A stretch of DNA of 64,000 nt from Candidatus Poribacteria bacterium. GTDB lineage: Bacteria > Poribacteria > WGA-4E > JAJDTR01. Of this stretch, positions 50,516-59,980 are shown piece after piece; the first letter of the stretch is position 1, and each line of letters begins with the position of its first letter. The notes under the pieces were generated by a model. It saw only the letters and a program-made list of their open reading frames with translations, was not told the origin of the DNA and searched no databases. The translations under genes and the position numbers were made by a program. The stretch covers positions 2,112,001-2,176,000 of the forward strand of contig CBDCTK010000002.1 of assembly GCA_965222225.1 (NCBI GenBank), in the 5' to 3' direction.

Positions 50516-51550
50516 ATGGCTGAACAACTGAAGGTATCAAACGATGCAATAAACGACCCTCAGGAGTTACGTCGCCGTATTCAGGATGAGGGTTATCTGT
50601 TTTTCAAGCGGCTGCAGGATCCGGATAAGTTGCAGGATTTGCGCCGCCAAATGCTGGACGTAATCCAGGAAGGGGGCTGGCTCGTCCCCGGCACCGACCC
50701 GATTGACGGAATAGCAGACCCATTGACGACATGCACCGAAGGTGATATTGGGTACACTGATGTCTATCACGATGTCTATAAGTTACAAGCATTTCACCAA
50801 TCGGGGCACTGGCCCGAAGTGCTTGATCTACTGGAAAAGCTGACGGACAAACCCGTACTGCCGCACCCTCAGAAGATTGCCCGGCTCTGGTTCCCGCAGT
50901 ACATCGATCATACGACGCCGATACACCAGGATTGTGTCCATTTTCAAGGTAACTTCGAGACATATACCTGCTGGGCTCCAGTGGGTGATTGCCCCATCGA
51001 ATTGGGCGGGTTGGCGGTGTTGCCGGGCTCTCATAAAATTGATCGTGTTATAGACCATCACTTCTCATTGGGCGCCGGCGCTCTTCAAATCTACACTGAC
51101 GAAATCGATGGCGAATGGCACAGCACAAACTACGAAATCGGCGATACGCTCTTTTTCTTAGCGTTGACGGTGCATCAGGCATTGCCCAATCTAACTAAGA
51201 ATCGGCTGCGAATCTCTTTGGATAACCGCTATCAGACCATCGGAGATCCAATTTGTGACGAAGTCATCCGCCCGCATCTGAGCCGTTTTAGTTCACTGAG
51301 TTGGGATGATATCTATCAAGGCTGGGAATCGGACGATTTGAAGTATTATTGGAAGGATTTGGTAGATACCCCCGAGACTCCCGTTATACCAAAGGACCAC
51401 GGTTACTCGGAGCACGGGTTTGCGGAAGCACTGTCGCTTGCCAAGGCGGGCGATAGGAAGGCTATAATACACTTGGAGCGCGTTATCAAGAATGATCCCG
51501 CCTCCGATGGGGCAAGAATCGCGCGAGAAGCGATACAGGCACACGTTTGA
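50516..51550 (+). CDS. Phytanoyl-CoA dioxygenase (PhyH) family protein
   Basis: HQD, GSH, VHQA, RISLDNRY. Confidence 0.9.
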   Translation: MAEQLKVSNDAINDPQELRRRIQDEGYLFFKRLQDPDKLQDLRRQMLDVIQEGGWLVPGTDPIDGIADPLTTCTEGDIGYTDVYHDVYKLQAFHQSGHWPEVLDLLEKLTDKPVLPHPQKIARLWFPQYIDHTTPIHQDCVHFQGNFETYTCWAPVGDCPIELGGLAVLPGSHKIDRVIDHHFSLGAGALQIYTDEIDGEWHSTNYEIGDTLFFLALTVHQALPNLTKNRLRISLDNRYQTIGDPICDEVIRPHLSRFSSLSWDDIYQGWESDDLKYYWKDLVDTPETPVIPKDHGYSEHGFAEALSLAKAGDRKAIIHLERVIKNDPASDGARIAREAIQAHV

Positions 51551-51689
51551 AAAAAGTTAGAATGTCGGGCCGTGTGAGGATTACCAATCGATTTATAATC
51601 GAAGATGATTTATGATTGGTTGATTGAAAATCGCTACTACAAGCCGGATTGTGCATGCCCTAACACTAGTGATTTTGAAAGGACTCGGA

Positions 51690-52736
51690 ATGATTATAAA
51701 AACAGCCGCTGAACTTAACGAGTTGGTTCGAAAATCGCTGATTTCGGCGGGCGCCGACGAACGGAATGCCAATCGTGTCGCGGAGGCGCTGGTTTCGTCG
51801 AGTTTATGCGGTGTTGATACACACGGCATTCATCATCTACCGGGTTATGTCCGGTATGTGCAATCCGGCGAGATTGTCCCGACAGCCTGGCCCGAAATCC
51901 TGCAAGAGGACGCAACCAGCGCGCGCATCGGTGGAAACTGGACGTTTGGCCATGTCACCGCAAAGTATGGCATGGAAGTGGCTATAGAAAAAGCGAAGAG
52001 TCATAATATATCCGTCGTGAGCATTGTCCAAGCGAACCATATCGGGCGCCTGGGAGAATATGCCGAAATGGCAGTGTCCGAAGGAATGGTAGGCATTGTC
52101 TGGGCAGGAGGGTTTGGCGAGGAAGTTCCTGTTACGGTACCCTATGGCGGGCGTAAACCTATCTTGAGCACCAATCCAATCGGGATGGGGTTCCCGATTG
52201 GGGATGGTTCGCAGATGATTATCGACTACGCCACAACCGTGGTTGCGGGAAGCAAGGTGCCCTCCTATAAGGACAAAAATTTATCCCTACCACCCAACAG
52301 TGTCGTCGATAAGGACGGCAACCCAAGCAACGATCCGGATGCCTATCTCCAGGGAGGGTTTCATCTTCCCTTCGGCGGACACAAGGGTTACGCGTTGATG
52401 CTGGCAGTTGAGTTCCTCGGGCGAATTATGTCGGGGGCGGATGCCTTCGCGGCTGAGGGACGAGGCGGACCGATATTTCGTCGATCCGGTACCACGATGA
52501 TGGCTTTGAGAGCCGATCTGTTTCAGCCGTTCTCCGATTACGCATCCCGAGCAGAGGAGTTGGCGAATCGGGCAAGATCTGCACCTCCAGCGCCGGGCTT
52601 TGATGAAGTGGTAATTCCGGGCGATCTTGAAGCACGAACACGGGAGATACGCTCGCGCGACGGCATCCCTATCCCCGACCCCCTGTGGGAACGGCTCATG
52701 ACGATGGCAGAATCGTTGGGGCTTGATATCGGTTAA
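51690..52736 (+). CDS. Ldh_2/Mdh2-family oxidoreductase
   Basis: GVDTHG, NHIG, STNPI, PFGGHKGY. Confidence 0.92.
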   Translation: MIIKTAAELNELVRKSLISAGADERNANRVAEALVSSSLCGVDTHGIHHLPGYVRYVQSGEIVPTAWPEILQEDATSARIGGNWTFGHVTAKYGMEVAIEKAKSHNISVVSIVQANHIGRLGEYAEMAVSEGMVGIVWAGGFGEEVPVTVPYGGRKPILSTNPIGMGFPIGDGSQMIIDYATTVVAGSKVPSYKDKNLSLPPNSVVDKDGNPSNDPDAYLQGGFHLPFGGHKGYALMLAVEFLGRIMSGADAFAAEGRGGPIFRRSGTTMMALRADLFQPFSDYASRAEELANRARSAPPAPGFDEVVIPGDLEARTREIRSRDGIPIPDPLWERLMTMAESLGLDIG

Positions 52737-52797
52737 ATGGGACTTGTGCAGCTGAATGCTCAAAAGTAATGTAGGTCGGCGAGTCACTATGCGTAAT

Positions 52798-52865
52798 GGG
52801 ATTTCTATCGATCAACTGACCGAATAGGGAGGGCGATAGAGATCCTTGTGCGATAGCAAGTCTCC
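52798..52865 (+). repeat. GA-tandem hairpin cassette copy L (52809-52845), with an inverted tail before and a truncated tail after
   Basis: gggatttctatc | gatcaa CT ga CC gaata GG ga GG gcgatagagatcc ttgtgcgatagcaagtctcc. Confidence 0.85.
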
Positions 52866-53021
52866 TTGGCTATCCGCTCAGTAGATCGTAATACGTAAAA
52901 ATGACCCGTCCTGAATTACATTGGCATGGCACATGGGTTGATGGCCCCAAATTTAAGATTGCTGACATTACCCGGTTTACATCATTGATTCCGAACAACT
53001 GAAACTGGGGAGGAGTTCTAG

Positions 53022-54260
53022 ATGATTCAAGTTCCGACCAGACGTTTTGGTCGCACGGAGTTGCAGTTGCCCATAATCTCCTGCGGCGGCACACGCTATT
53101 CGTATACGCTCAATAACGAATCGGGCGATTTGCGTCTGAGGAACGATGTTACGGCGGCGGATATTCCGGAGGAAATCCATAGGGGTGTCAGCGCCATTGT
53201 CAATCGTTCGCTGGAACTCGGCATAAACCATTTTGAAACCGCGCACGGTTACGGCTCGAGCGAAGTCCAACTGGGTCAAGCATTAAGCGCAATACCAAGA
53301 GACGAGTTCGTTCTTCAAACGAAAGTCGGACCAACCGCCGATGAGTCTGAATTCTTAACCGCCTTTCATAAGTCCCTGGAAAGACTTCAGGTCGACTACC
53401 TCGATCTCTTTACGCTGCATGGCATCAACAATGCCGAACAGTTCGATCGGACGTTAAGGAAGAACGGCTGTCTGGATTGGGCGTATCGGCTCAAAGATGA
53501 GGGGCTTTGTCGCCATATCGGATTCTCGACCCATGGACCAACTGACCGAATGTGCCGCGTTATCTCCAGTGACCGAATGGACTACATCTTCTTGCATTGG
53601 TATTTTGTCGATAATCGTAATTGGCCCGCGATTGAGTTGGCGAATCAACACGCCATGGGCGTCTACATTATCAGTCCGAACGACCAAGGCGGCAGGCTCT
53701 ACAGACCCTCTCCCAAACTGGAAGAGTTGTGTAGGCCTCTCACACCCATGGCGTTCAATCTGTTGTGGTGTCTCGCTCGTCCTCAGGTGCACTCTTTGAG
53801 TCTAGGACCGGACAGACCGGAAAACTTCGATGCACATGTCGAAGCCATATCGGCATATTACAACACGAAAGAGGGCGAAGAACTGACAGAATCGATAGCA
53901 ACCCGCCTAAAGAACGAGGTCAATTCCGTTATGGGAGATGATTGGTATGATACCTTTCACGTCGGTATTCCCGACTACGATGAAATTCCCGGGGAGATGA
54001 ACCTCATCCACATCTTACGCGTGTGGGGGTTTGCCAAGGCGCTCGACATGTATGAATTTGCGAAGTGGAAATACAACCTGCTTGGGAATGGCAGTCACTG
54101 GTTCCCCGGAAACAATGCGGCTCGGATTGGCGAATTGGATGTCTCGGACGTAATAAAGGATAACCCCTTCGCGGATGCCCTACCAAGCATATTGGCAGAG
54201 GCACATGAAAGTCTCATTGGCGAACCCGTCAAACGTCTAACGCAGGGCGGAAGCGCCTAG
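53022..54260 (+). CDS. Aldo/keto reductase family protein
   Basis: RRFGRT, GINHFETAHGYGSSE, QTK, IGFSTHG. Confidence 0.9.
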   Translation: MIQVPTRRFGRTELQLPIISCGGTRYSYTLNNESGDLRLRNDVTAADIPEEIHRGVSAIVNRSLELGINHFETAHGYGSSEVQLGQALSAIPRDEFVLQTKVGPTADESEFLTAFHKSLERLQVDYLDLFTLHGINNAEQFDRTLRKNGCLDWAYRLKDEGLCRHIGFSTHGPTDRMCRVISSDRMDYIFLHWYFVDNRNWPAIELANQHAMGVYIISPNDQGGRLYRPSPKLEELCRPLTPMAFNLLWCLARPQVHSLSLGPDRPENFDAHVEAISAYYNTKEGEELTESIATRLKNEVNSVMGDDWYDTFHVGIPDYDEIPGEMNLIHILRVWGFAKALDMYEFAKWKYNLLGNGSHWFPGNNAARIGELDVSDVIKDNPFADALPSILAEAHESLIGEPVKRLTQGGSA

Positions 54261-54287
54261 CGGAGACCGGCGATTGTGGGGGCCAAT

Positions 54288-54704
54288 TCATTCCGACTGT
54301 TCGTCGCTGAATTCAAGTGCCGCTGAATTGATACAGTAACGTTGCCCGGTCGGCGGCGGCCCATCTTTGAAGATATGTCCCAGATGCGCATCGCATCTGT
54401 TGCAAAGCACTTCAACCCTCGTCATAAAGTGACCGTTGTCAATTTCGGTCGTAACCTTGTTTTCTGCCAGCGGTTGCCAGAAACTTGGCCACCCGGTTCC
54501 CGAATCGAACTTCGTCCCCGACTCAAATAGCTCGTTGCCACAGCACACGCATTTGTAGACGCCATTCCCCTTAAAGTCGTGATACACCCCGGTGAAGGCG
54601 CGCTCTGTTCCTTTTTTGCGAGTTACATAATACTGCTCGGGGGTCAACTGCTCCTGCCACTCTTTGTCTGTTATTTCTGTTTTCTCAGACATGCCTTGCT
54701 CCAA
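54288..54704 (-). CDS. msrB: Peptide-methionine (R)-S-oxide reductase
   Basis: GTERAF, CxxC, GWPSF, HLGH, RYCINS. Confidence 0.96.
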   Translation of the reverse strand: MEQGMSEKTEITDKEWQEQLTPEQYYVTRKKGTERAFTGVYHDFKGNGVYKCVCCGNELFESGTKFDSGTGWPSFWQPLAENKVTTEIDNGHFMTRVEVLCNRCDAHLGHIFKDGPPPTGQRYCINSAALEFSDEQSE

Positions 54705-54779
54705 GTTCCAAAATTGCGCTAACGCCGTAGGTGGATGAATGTATCCGAAGCATACTTGGGCGAAATATATTTGCTGGGA

Positions 54780-54804
54780 GTCGCGACCTTGAGATCGCTC
54801 CTAC
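54780..54804 (-). repeat. GTAG-type REP-like palindrome
   Basis: Minus strand GTAGGAGCGATCTCAAGGTCGCGAC. Confidence 0.5.
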
Positions 54805-54845
54805 AGACCGGACGTGCCGGGAAACTCCACTAGTGATGTACTTTG

Positions 54846-55214
54846 TTAGGTACTGATGGCATCTGTGAATGTCAATCTGTTGCCGAAGGGATCGGTAATC
54901 GACATGTCCCTGCTGCCCCAAGGCATTTTTTCTATCCCCGGTCGATAGTATTTGTACTGCTTTGCAATCAGTTCCTTTTGAAACGCGTCTAGTTCCGTCG
55001 TTTCGATTCTCATCGCCCCGCCGGGGCAACAGTCGCCGTGATGCTCCGATAAATGGATGACACACTCGTCTTTAGAAACCTGCATGTAAAGCGGTAGATC
55101 CTCTGAAAAACGGTGTTCCCAATCAACCCTGAAGCCCAAAAAATCAACATAAAATTCCTTGGCTTTCGTTTCGTCGAAGATTCTAAGGATTGGTGTGGCT
55201 TTTCCACAACCCAT
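54846..55214 (-). CDS. Glyoxalase/bleomycin-resistance (VOC) superfamily protein
   Basis: PILRIFDE..AKEFYVDFLGF...HLSEH...DPFGNRL. Confidence 0.88.
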   Translation of the reverse strand: MGCGKATPILRIFDETKAKEFYVDFLGFRVDWEHRFSEDLPLYMQVSKDECVIHLSEHHGDCCPGGAMRIETTELDAFQKELIAKQYKYYRPGIEKMPWGSRDMSITDPFGNRLTFTDAIST

Positions 55215-55356
55215 AGTGTCAATACGCCTCATTTGGCAACCGTTAGCACGGAATGAACTGGAGGAACATAACGATAAGGCACCAAGTTTGGCGTGGTCGG
55301 AGTGTGTTGTCCGGCGCACATCAAGCACGTGACGTAGCAAGGAGAGAACGTTGTTG

Positions 55357-56115
55357 CTAGAGCGTCTTCCAGAACAGCCGAATCGCAAACGCGAGCACGG
55401 TGGCTAGAAGAACGACCCTTATCCACTTTTCTCCCTTGTCAACCGCCCAGTGACTCCCGATCCAAGCGCCTGTCGCATTTCCAACCGCCAAGGTTAATCC
55501 AAGATACCAATTGACCTTTCCGCTCATGCTGAAGACAACGAGTGCGATGACTGTGTAAAAGAATATGACGAACACCTTGATTGCATTCGTACGGACGAGG
55601 TCGAACCCGTTGATAAGAGTCAATGCCGCGATGATGATGAATCCGACTCCTGCCTGAATGAAGCCGCCGCAGATGCCGACCAAGAAAAATGCAGCCATCC
55701 CAACGATTTTTCGGGGTAGGCTCAGGTTCTCGGCTCCACCCTTTAGCTTCTTCGTAGGACTGAAAAGCGTCGTAAAGAGCACCACAATCATGATGCCGGA
55801 GAGGATTCGATTGAAGAGCGTTTGATCTATATCAATGGCAATTCGTGCGCCGATCCAAGCTCCGGCGAGCGCCGGTAAGGAGAGGAGTGCGCTATAGCCA
55901 AAATCGGAAACACCTTTGCGGCGGAATCCCGTGATCGCACTGGCGTTCTGTATAAACACGGCGACTCTGTTCGTGCCGTTTGCTACTGCCGAGGGTAGAC
56001 CGAGAAAGATGAGAACTGGGAGAGCTAACAGTGAACCACCGCCCGCGACGGTGTTAAGGAAGCCGGCGAAGACACCGGTAACGAGTATTAACGGGATTTC
56101 CCAAAGGTTTTCCAT
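55357..56115 (-). CDS. TauE/SafE (TSUP) family membrane transporter
   Basis: AGGGSL, ANGTNR and GGFIQAGVG motifs. Confidence 0.92.
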   Translation of the reverse strand: MENLWEIPLILVTGVFAGFLNTVAGGGSLLALPVLIFLGLPSAVANGTNRVAVFIQNASAITGFRRKGVSDFGYSALLSLPALAGAWIGARIAIDIDQTLFNRILSGIMIVVLFTTLFSPTKKLKGGAENLSLPRKIVGMAAFFLVGICGGFIQAGVGFIIIAALTLINGFDLVRTNAIKVFVIFFYTVIALVVFSMSGKVNWYLGLTLAVGNATGAWIGSHWAVDKGEKWIRVVLLATVLAFAIRLFWKTL

Positions 56116-56118
56116 GTA

Positions 56119-56367
56119 TTACCTTTTGCAACCCTTGGCGATTAGAATCACTGCCACTGCGGCAAGATTGCCGAGCAATAAAGCCCCAACCACGCCGGAC
56201 AGCAAACTGAATATCGCCCTGTTGGTGATGTGGTCGCCAAACGGACAAGCCCAGCGTTCGGTCACGAAACCGTACAACGGAATGACCACGCCGAACAGGA
56301 AGCCGGCAACCGCGGCGGTACTAGCCAGATTTTGATATTTCTTGATAGGTACGCGGATTTGGTACAT
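56119..56367 (-). CDS. Small two-TM membrane protein
   Basis: Two hydrophobic segments; ends 3 bp before the TauE-like gene. Confidence 0.55.
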   Translation of the reverse strand: MYQIRVPIKKYQNLASTAAVAGFLFGVVIPLYGFVTERWACPFGDHITNRAIFSLLSGVVGALLLGNLAAVAVILIAKGCKR

Positions 56368-56462
56368 TTTAACTCAACCGCGATTGTATCAGCTACGGCG
56401 TTGTTTGTCTAGCGAAAAATCTAGGGTAGTTGAAACGAAGGCGAGAACTTGGATGTGGAGGG

Positions 56463-57464
56463 TTAACTTGGAAGCAGTTCAAATGATTCAAGCTCAAAAA
56501 GCACCTCAACAGTAACGTTTATGCGAGTTTGCAGTTGGGTGAATTTGACGATTCCGATGTCCGGCGCCAACCACTTCTTTGCAACGGTCACATCAAGGTC
56601 TTGTATCTCAAAAAAAGTCCATCTGAAAGATTCCTGCACTTGGAACACATTATCGAACGTACCAGCGGGCACCGTAACAGTTTCTTCCGATAATACCTCG
56701 AATTCATCCAACCCGCCACCGATGGGAAGGCGTTCTGGCACTATTTCTGCTTGAAAGTTGGTCGCCCACTTATTTCCCGGAATCAATGGAAAATTGTATA
56801 ACGGCAGAAAGGGTAAGAACAGAATTGTCCCGTCCGTGCCAGATGTAACATTCTGTGCGTGTTGAACAATCCCATTAATAACCCCATTCTCATTGACGCT
56901 TTCCCCTAGGTAGGAATAATTTCTGACGTTTTCCAAGTTCTCATCAGTGCTAGATTTCTCAAGTACAAAACTCTCGACCAAACGGTCCTCCGACAGGTGT
57001 ATTTGTATCTTATCAACAATCTTGAAGATAACCCTGTTTCCTTCATCGTCACGATACGTCCACGTGTTGCCAACGGCTAACGGATAGTAATTCCCCGGCC
57101 GGGTGCGCCATACCTGAATGTCAAGGGTGCTCGTTGTTGATTTTCGCCCGTCGCTGACCGAAAGTTCAATTTGGTACTTCCTCTCCTGTTCGGGCGCAGT
57201 CCAGAGCGCTCCGGTCGAATCGCCGGCGATCGCGCCGCCCGTCGCCGTCCACTGAAATGTTATCGGATCACCCTCAATATCGACGGCCTCAATTGTAATG
57301 GGAATTTGACTGCCGGGTTCAACAATGTCGGATTCTACTTCAAAGACAAGAATTCGCGGGGCTAGATTGATACCCCCTACACCTTCGTCGCCGCATCCAA
57401 TTGAAAAGAGTAAAAACACTGAGATAAGAGAAACCGATAGGAATTCTCGGTTGAATAGAAGCAT
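56463..57464 (-). CDS. Lipoprotein with an Ig/PKD-like domain and a DUF3108-like domain
   Basis: Lipobox SIGC; YYPLAVGNTWTY and ETVTVPAGTF...W.APDIGIVK. Confidence 0.8.
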   Translation of the reverse strand: MLLFNREFLSVSLISVFLLFSIGCGDEGVGGINLAPRILVFEVESDIVEPGSQIPITIEAVDIEGDPITFQWTATGGAIAGDSTGALWTAPEQERKYQIELSVSDGRKSTTSTLDIQVWRTRPGNYYPLAVGNTWTYRDDEGNRVIFKIVDKIQIHLSEDRLVESFVLEKSSTDENLENVRNYSYLGESVNENGVINGIVQHAQNVTSGTDGTILFLPFLPLYNFPLIPGNKWATNFQAEIVPERLPIGGGLDEFEVLSEETVTVPAGTFDNVFQVQESFRWTFFEIQDLDVTVAKKWLAPDIGIVKFTQLQTRINVTVEVLFELESFELLPS

Positions 57465-57484
57465 TGTTGACAATCCTTTAGTAT

Positions 57485-58231
57485 TTAATATGTTGCCCGC
57501 CCGCCACTGATATCGTAGCACTGTCCGGTGACAAAACTAGCGTGGTCCGAGGCGAGAAAGTTTACTACCACCGCCACCTCCTCCGGCTTGCCGACACGCC
57601 CTAACGGAATCTTGCTGATCATGTAATCAACAGTTGCTGGCGCCATGTCGTCGAGAAGCGGAGTCCCAATCACGGCAGGCGAAACACAATTCACACGTAT
57701 ATCATAGTCCGTGACCTCTTTGGCGAGCGCTTTGGTCAAACCGATAACACCCGCTTTGGAAGTTGAATAGGGAATCAGTGTTGGATTCCCCTCCTTTCCG
57801 GCGACGGAAGCAATGCTCACAATTCTACCATATCGTCTCTCAATCATGTGGTCGATTACCGCTTTGCAGCAAAGAAAAACGGCTTTCAGATTGACATCCA
57901 TCACTTCGTCCCAATCTTTTTCCTCCAATTGGGTGAGTGGCAGCGTCCGTCCGGTAATCCCCGCATTATTCACCAAAATGTCGATTTGATGGAAAGCCTC
58001 AAGAGTTTGTTTAACCATGCTTTTTACTTGACTGAAAGCTGTAACATCCGCTTGTATCGCGACAGCCGCATGTCCCAGGTCCTCAATCTCTTTTGTAACT
58101 GTTGCAGCTCGTGCGGCGTCCAAGTCTACCACGGCGAGGCTCGCCCCCGCGCGGGCGAATTGGATGGCAATCCCCCGACCAATTCCCTGCCCCGCACCTG
58201 TTACGATTGCAACCTTACCATTCAAGTCCAT
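57485..58231 (-). CDS. SDR family oxidoreductase (FabG-like)
   Basis: TGAGQGIG, NNAG, YSTSK. Confidence 0.94.
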   Translation of the reverse strand: MDLNGKVAIVTGAGQGIGRGIAIQFARAGASLAVVDLDAARAATVTKEIEDLGHAAVAIQADVTAFSQVKSMVKQTLEAFHQIDILVNNAGITGRTLPLTQLEEKDWDEVMDVNLKAVFLCCKAVIDHMIERRYGRIVSIASVAGKEGNPTLIPYSTSKAGVIGLTKALAKEVTDYDIRVNCVSPAVIGTPLLDDMAPATVDYMISKIPLGRVGKPEEVAVVVNFLASDHASFVTGQCYDISGGRATY

Positions 58232-58867
58232 GTGATGTCTCCTTGTGTTTGACAAAGTCTTGGCACACCGCGATGTCCAATTTCAGCAACTACCGAAGTG
58301 TACTCATTGTACCAGTTATTGAAGCTGCCACCAAGCCTCCCGAGTTTTGCCAGTAGGGCAATCGCATTTGATTCTAGAGATCGATGATTATTGAATCGAA
58401 GATGGTATTTTTAAGGTGTATGTACCATGCGAATACCCTTACATTAGAATAACATCCATTCGGAGGCAATAAGTTCCCGAGAAACCAACTATGGCTAGTA
58501 CCTGTACCAAATTTACCTTCACCCAGTTTTCGCCGTCAAAGGCTAACAATCCAATCTGTCGCCTCTCTGCCGATCCAAGACAAGACGTTTTAATGTGTTA
58601 TGAGCAACTCAAGCGAGGAAAATTCTTGCAGCCTACACATTCAAATCGTGCGGTGTGACAAAATCAACCCTCAACCCTCAACTCGGCGATTTGATGATTG
58701 CCCTCTACAATCGCAGGACGGTACGGGGGCCGTCCCCTACTCAGATGCGAATCGTATGACGAAACGTTTGATTGATGTTTGCATTTACGGTGTGCTATAA
58801 TTTGTTTACGACATTCTTCCCTATATACCGCAGTTCTATTCCGCGATTCGATTTCTTTTGAGGGGGC

Positions 58868-59962
58868 GTGATAGTGATTAAATTACACGGAGCAACATAT
58901 GACAAACGGCAATTACTTCGGCATATCGGTGATATTTCCCAGATTGCCGATATAAAACAGTATCAACTAACAGATGGTAACGAGAGCGGAGTCAATGGAG
59001 TTGACTTCCGCACAGGTTCAGGATTAAATTTCACCGTGTTGCCGGATCGAGGATTGGATATATCTTATGCAGAATACAACGGCGTCCCACTGTGTTGGCG
59101 GTCGGGTACAGGCGATGTTGCACCCGCTTACTACGAACCGCAAGGATTCGGATGGTTGCGTGGATTTTTCGGCGGTCTCCTCACAACGTGTGGGATGTTT
59201 CACGTAGGCGAACCGGATGGCAGTGGGCCGCATGGGCTACACGGACGTGTGTCCCATATACCGGCGAAGAACGTCTGGGTTGATAGCCGCTGGGAGGGGA
59301 ATCGTTACATGCTATGGGCGCAGGGAAAAGTCACCGAAACGGCGGCATTGGGCGAGAATCTCAGCCGAACACGGCGCGTTTGGACAGAACTTGGGGCAAA
59401 AAATCTCCACATAGAAGACATCGTTGAAAATCTTGGATATCAAGACGCACCACACATGTGCCTCTTCCACATCAACGTCGGATTTCCGATTGTTGCCGAG
59501 GGCTCCGAATTGCTGGCGCCCACGACGCAAGTGATACCGCGAGACGAGCACGCTGCTGTCGATGTGGACAATCATGCACGGTGCGACGCACCGACCGCCG
59601 ATTTTCGTGAACGAGTTTATTATCACGAAATGGAAGCGGATGCGGATAACCACGTCTACATTGCTTTGGTAAACCGCAAATTTGACGGCGGACGGGGATT
59701 CGGGTTGTACGTGAAATATCACAGGACACAATTTCCGCGGTTTGTCCAATGGAAGATGTGTAGCGAAGGATCGTATGTAATTGGATTGGAACCTGCCAAC
59801 TGTTGGGTTGAGGGACAGGAGAAGGAGAAAACGCGAGGTACGTTACAGTACATCGAGCCGGGCGGACGCAGACATTACGAAGCTGAAATCGGCGTATTGA
59901 ATTCTAACGAAGAGATTTCGAACATTGAGAACCGGATTGCGGCTATCAAGGGTCAAGGTTAG
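58868..59962 (+). CDS. Aldose 1-epimerase-like protein (DUF4432)
   Basis: DRGLDI, GGLLTTCG, LHGR, HINVG, GLEP. Confidence 0.88.
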   Translation: MIVIKLHGATYDKRQLLRHIGDISQIADIKQYQLTDGNESGVNGVDFRTGSGLNFTVLPDRGLDISYAEYNGVPLCWRSGTGDVAPAYYEPQGFGWLRGFFGGLLTTCGMFHVGEPDGSGPHGLHGRVSHIPAKNVWVDSRWEGNRYMLWAQGKVTETAALGENLSRTRRVWTELGAKNLHIEDIVENLGYQDAPHMCLFHINVGFPIVAEGSELLAPTTQVIPRDEHAAVDVDNHARCDAPTADFRERVYYHEMEADADNHVYIALVNRKFDGGRGFGLYVKYHRTQFPRFVQWKMCSEGSYVIGLEPANCWVEGQEKEKTRGTLQYIEPGGRRHYEAEIGVLNSNEEISNIENRIAAIKGQG

Positions 59963-59980
59963 TCGAGAAACAGGGAAACG

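Noticed and set aside
8951-52865. The ~37-nt cassette as a CRISPR repeat
   Set aside because: The length is similar, but copies are dispersed or directly abutting, have no regular unique spacers, vary inside the stem, and no cas genes are present.
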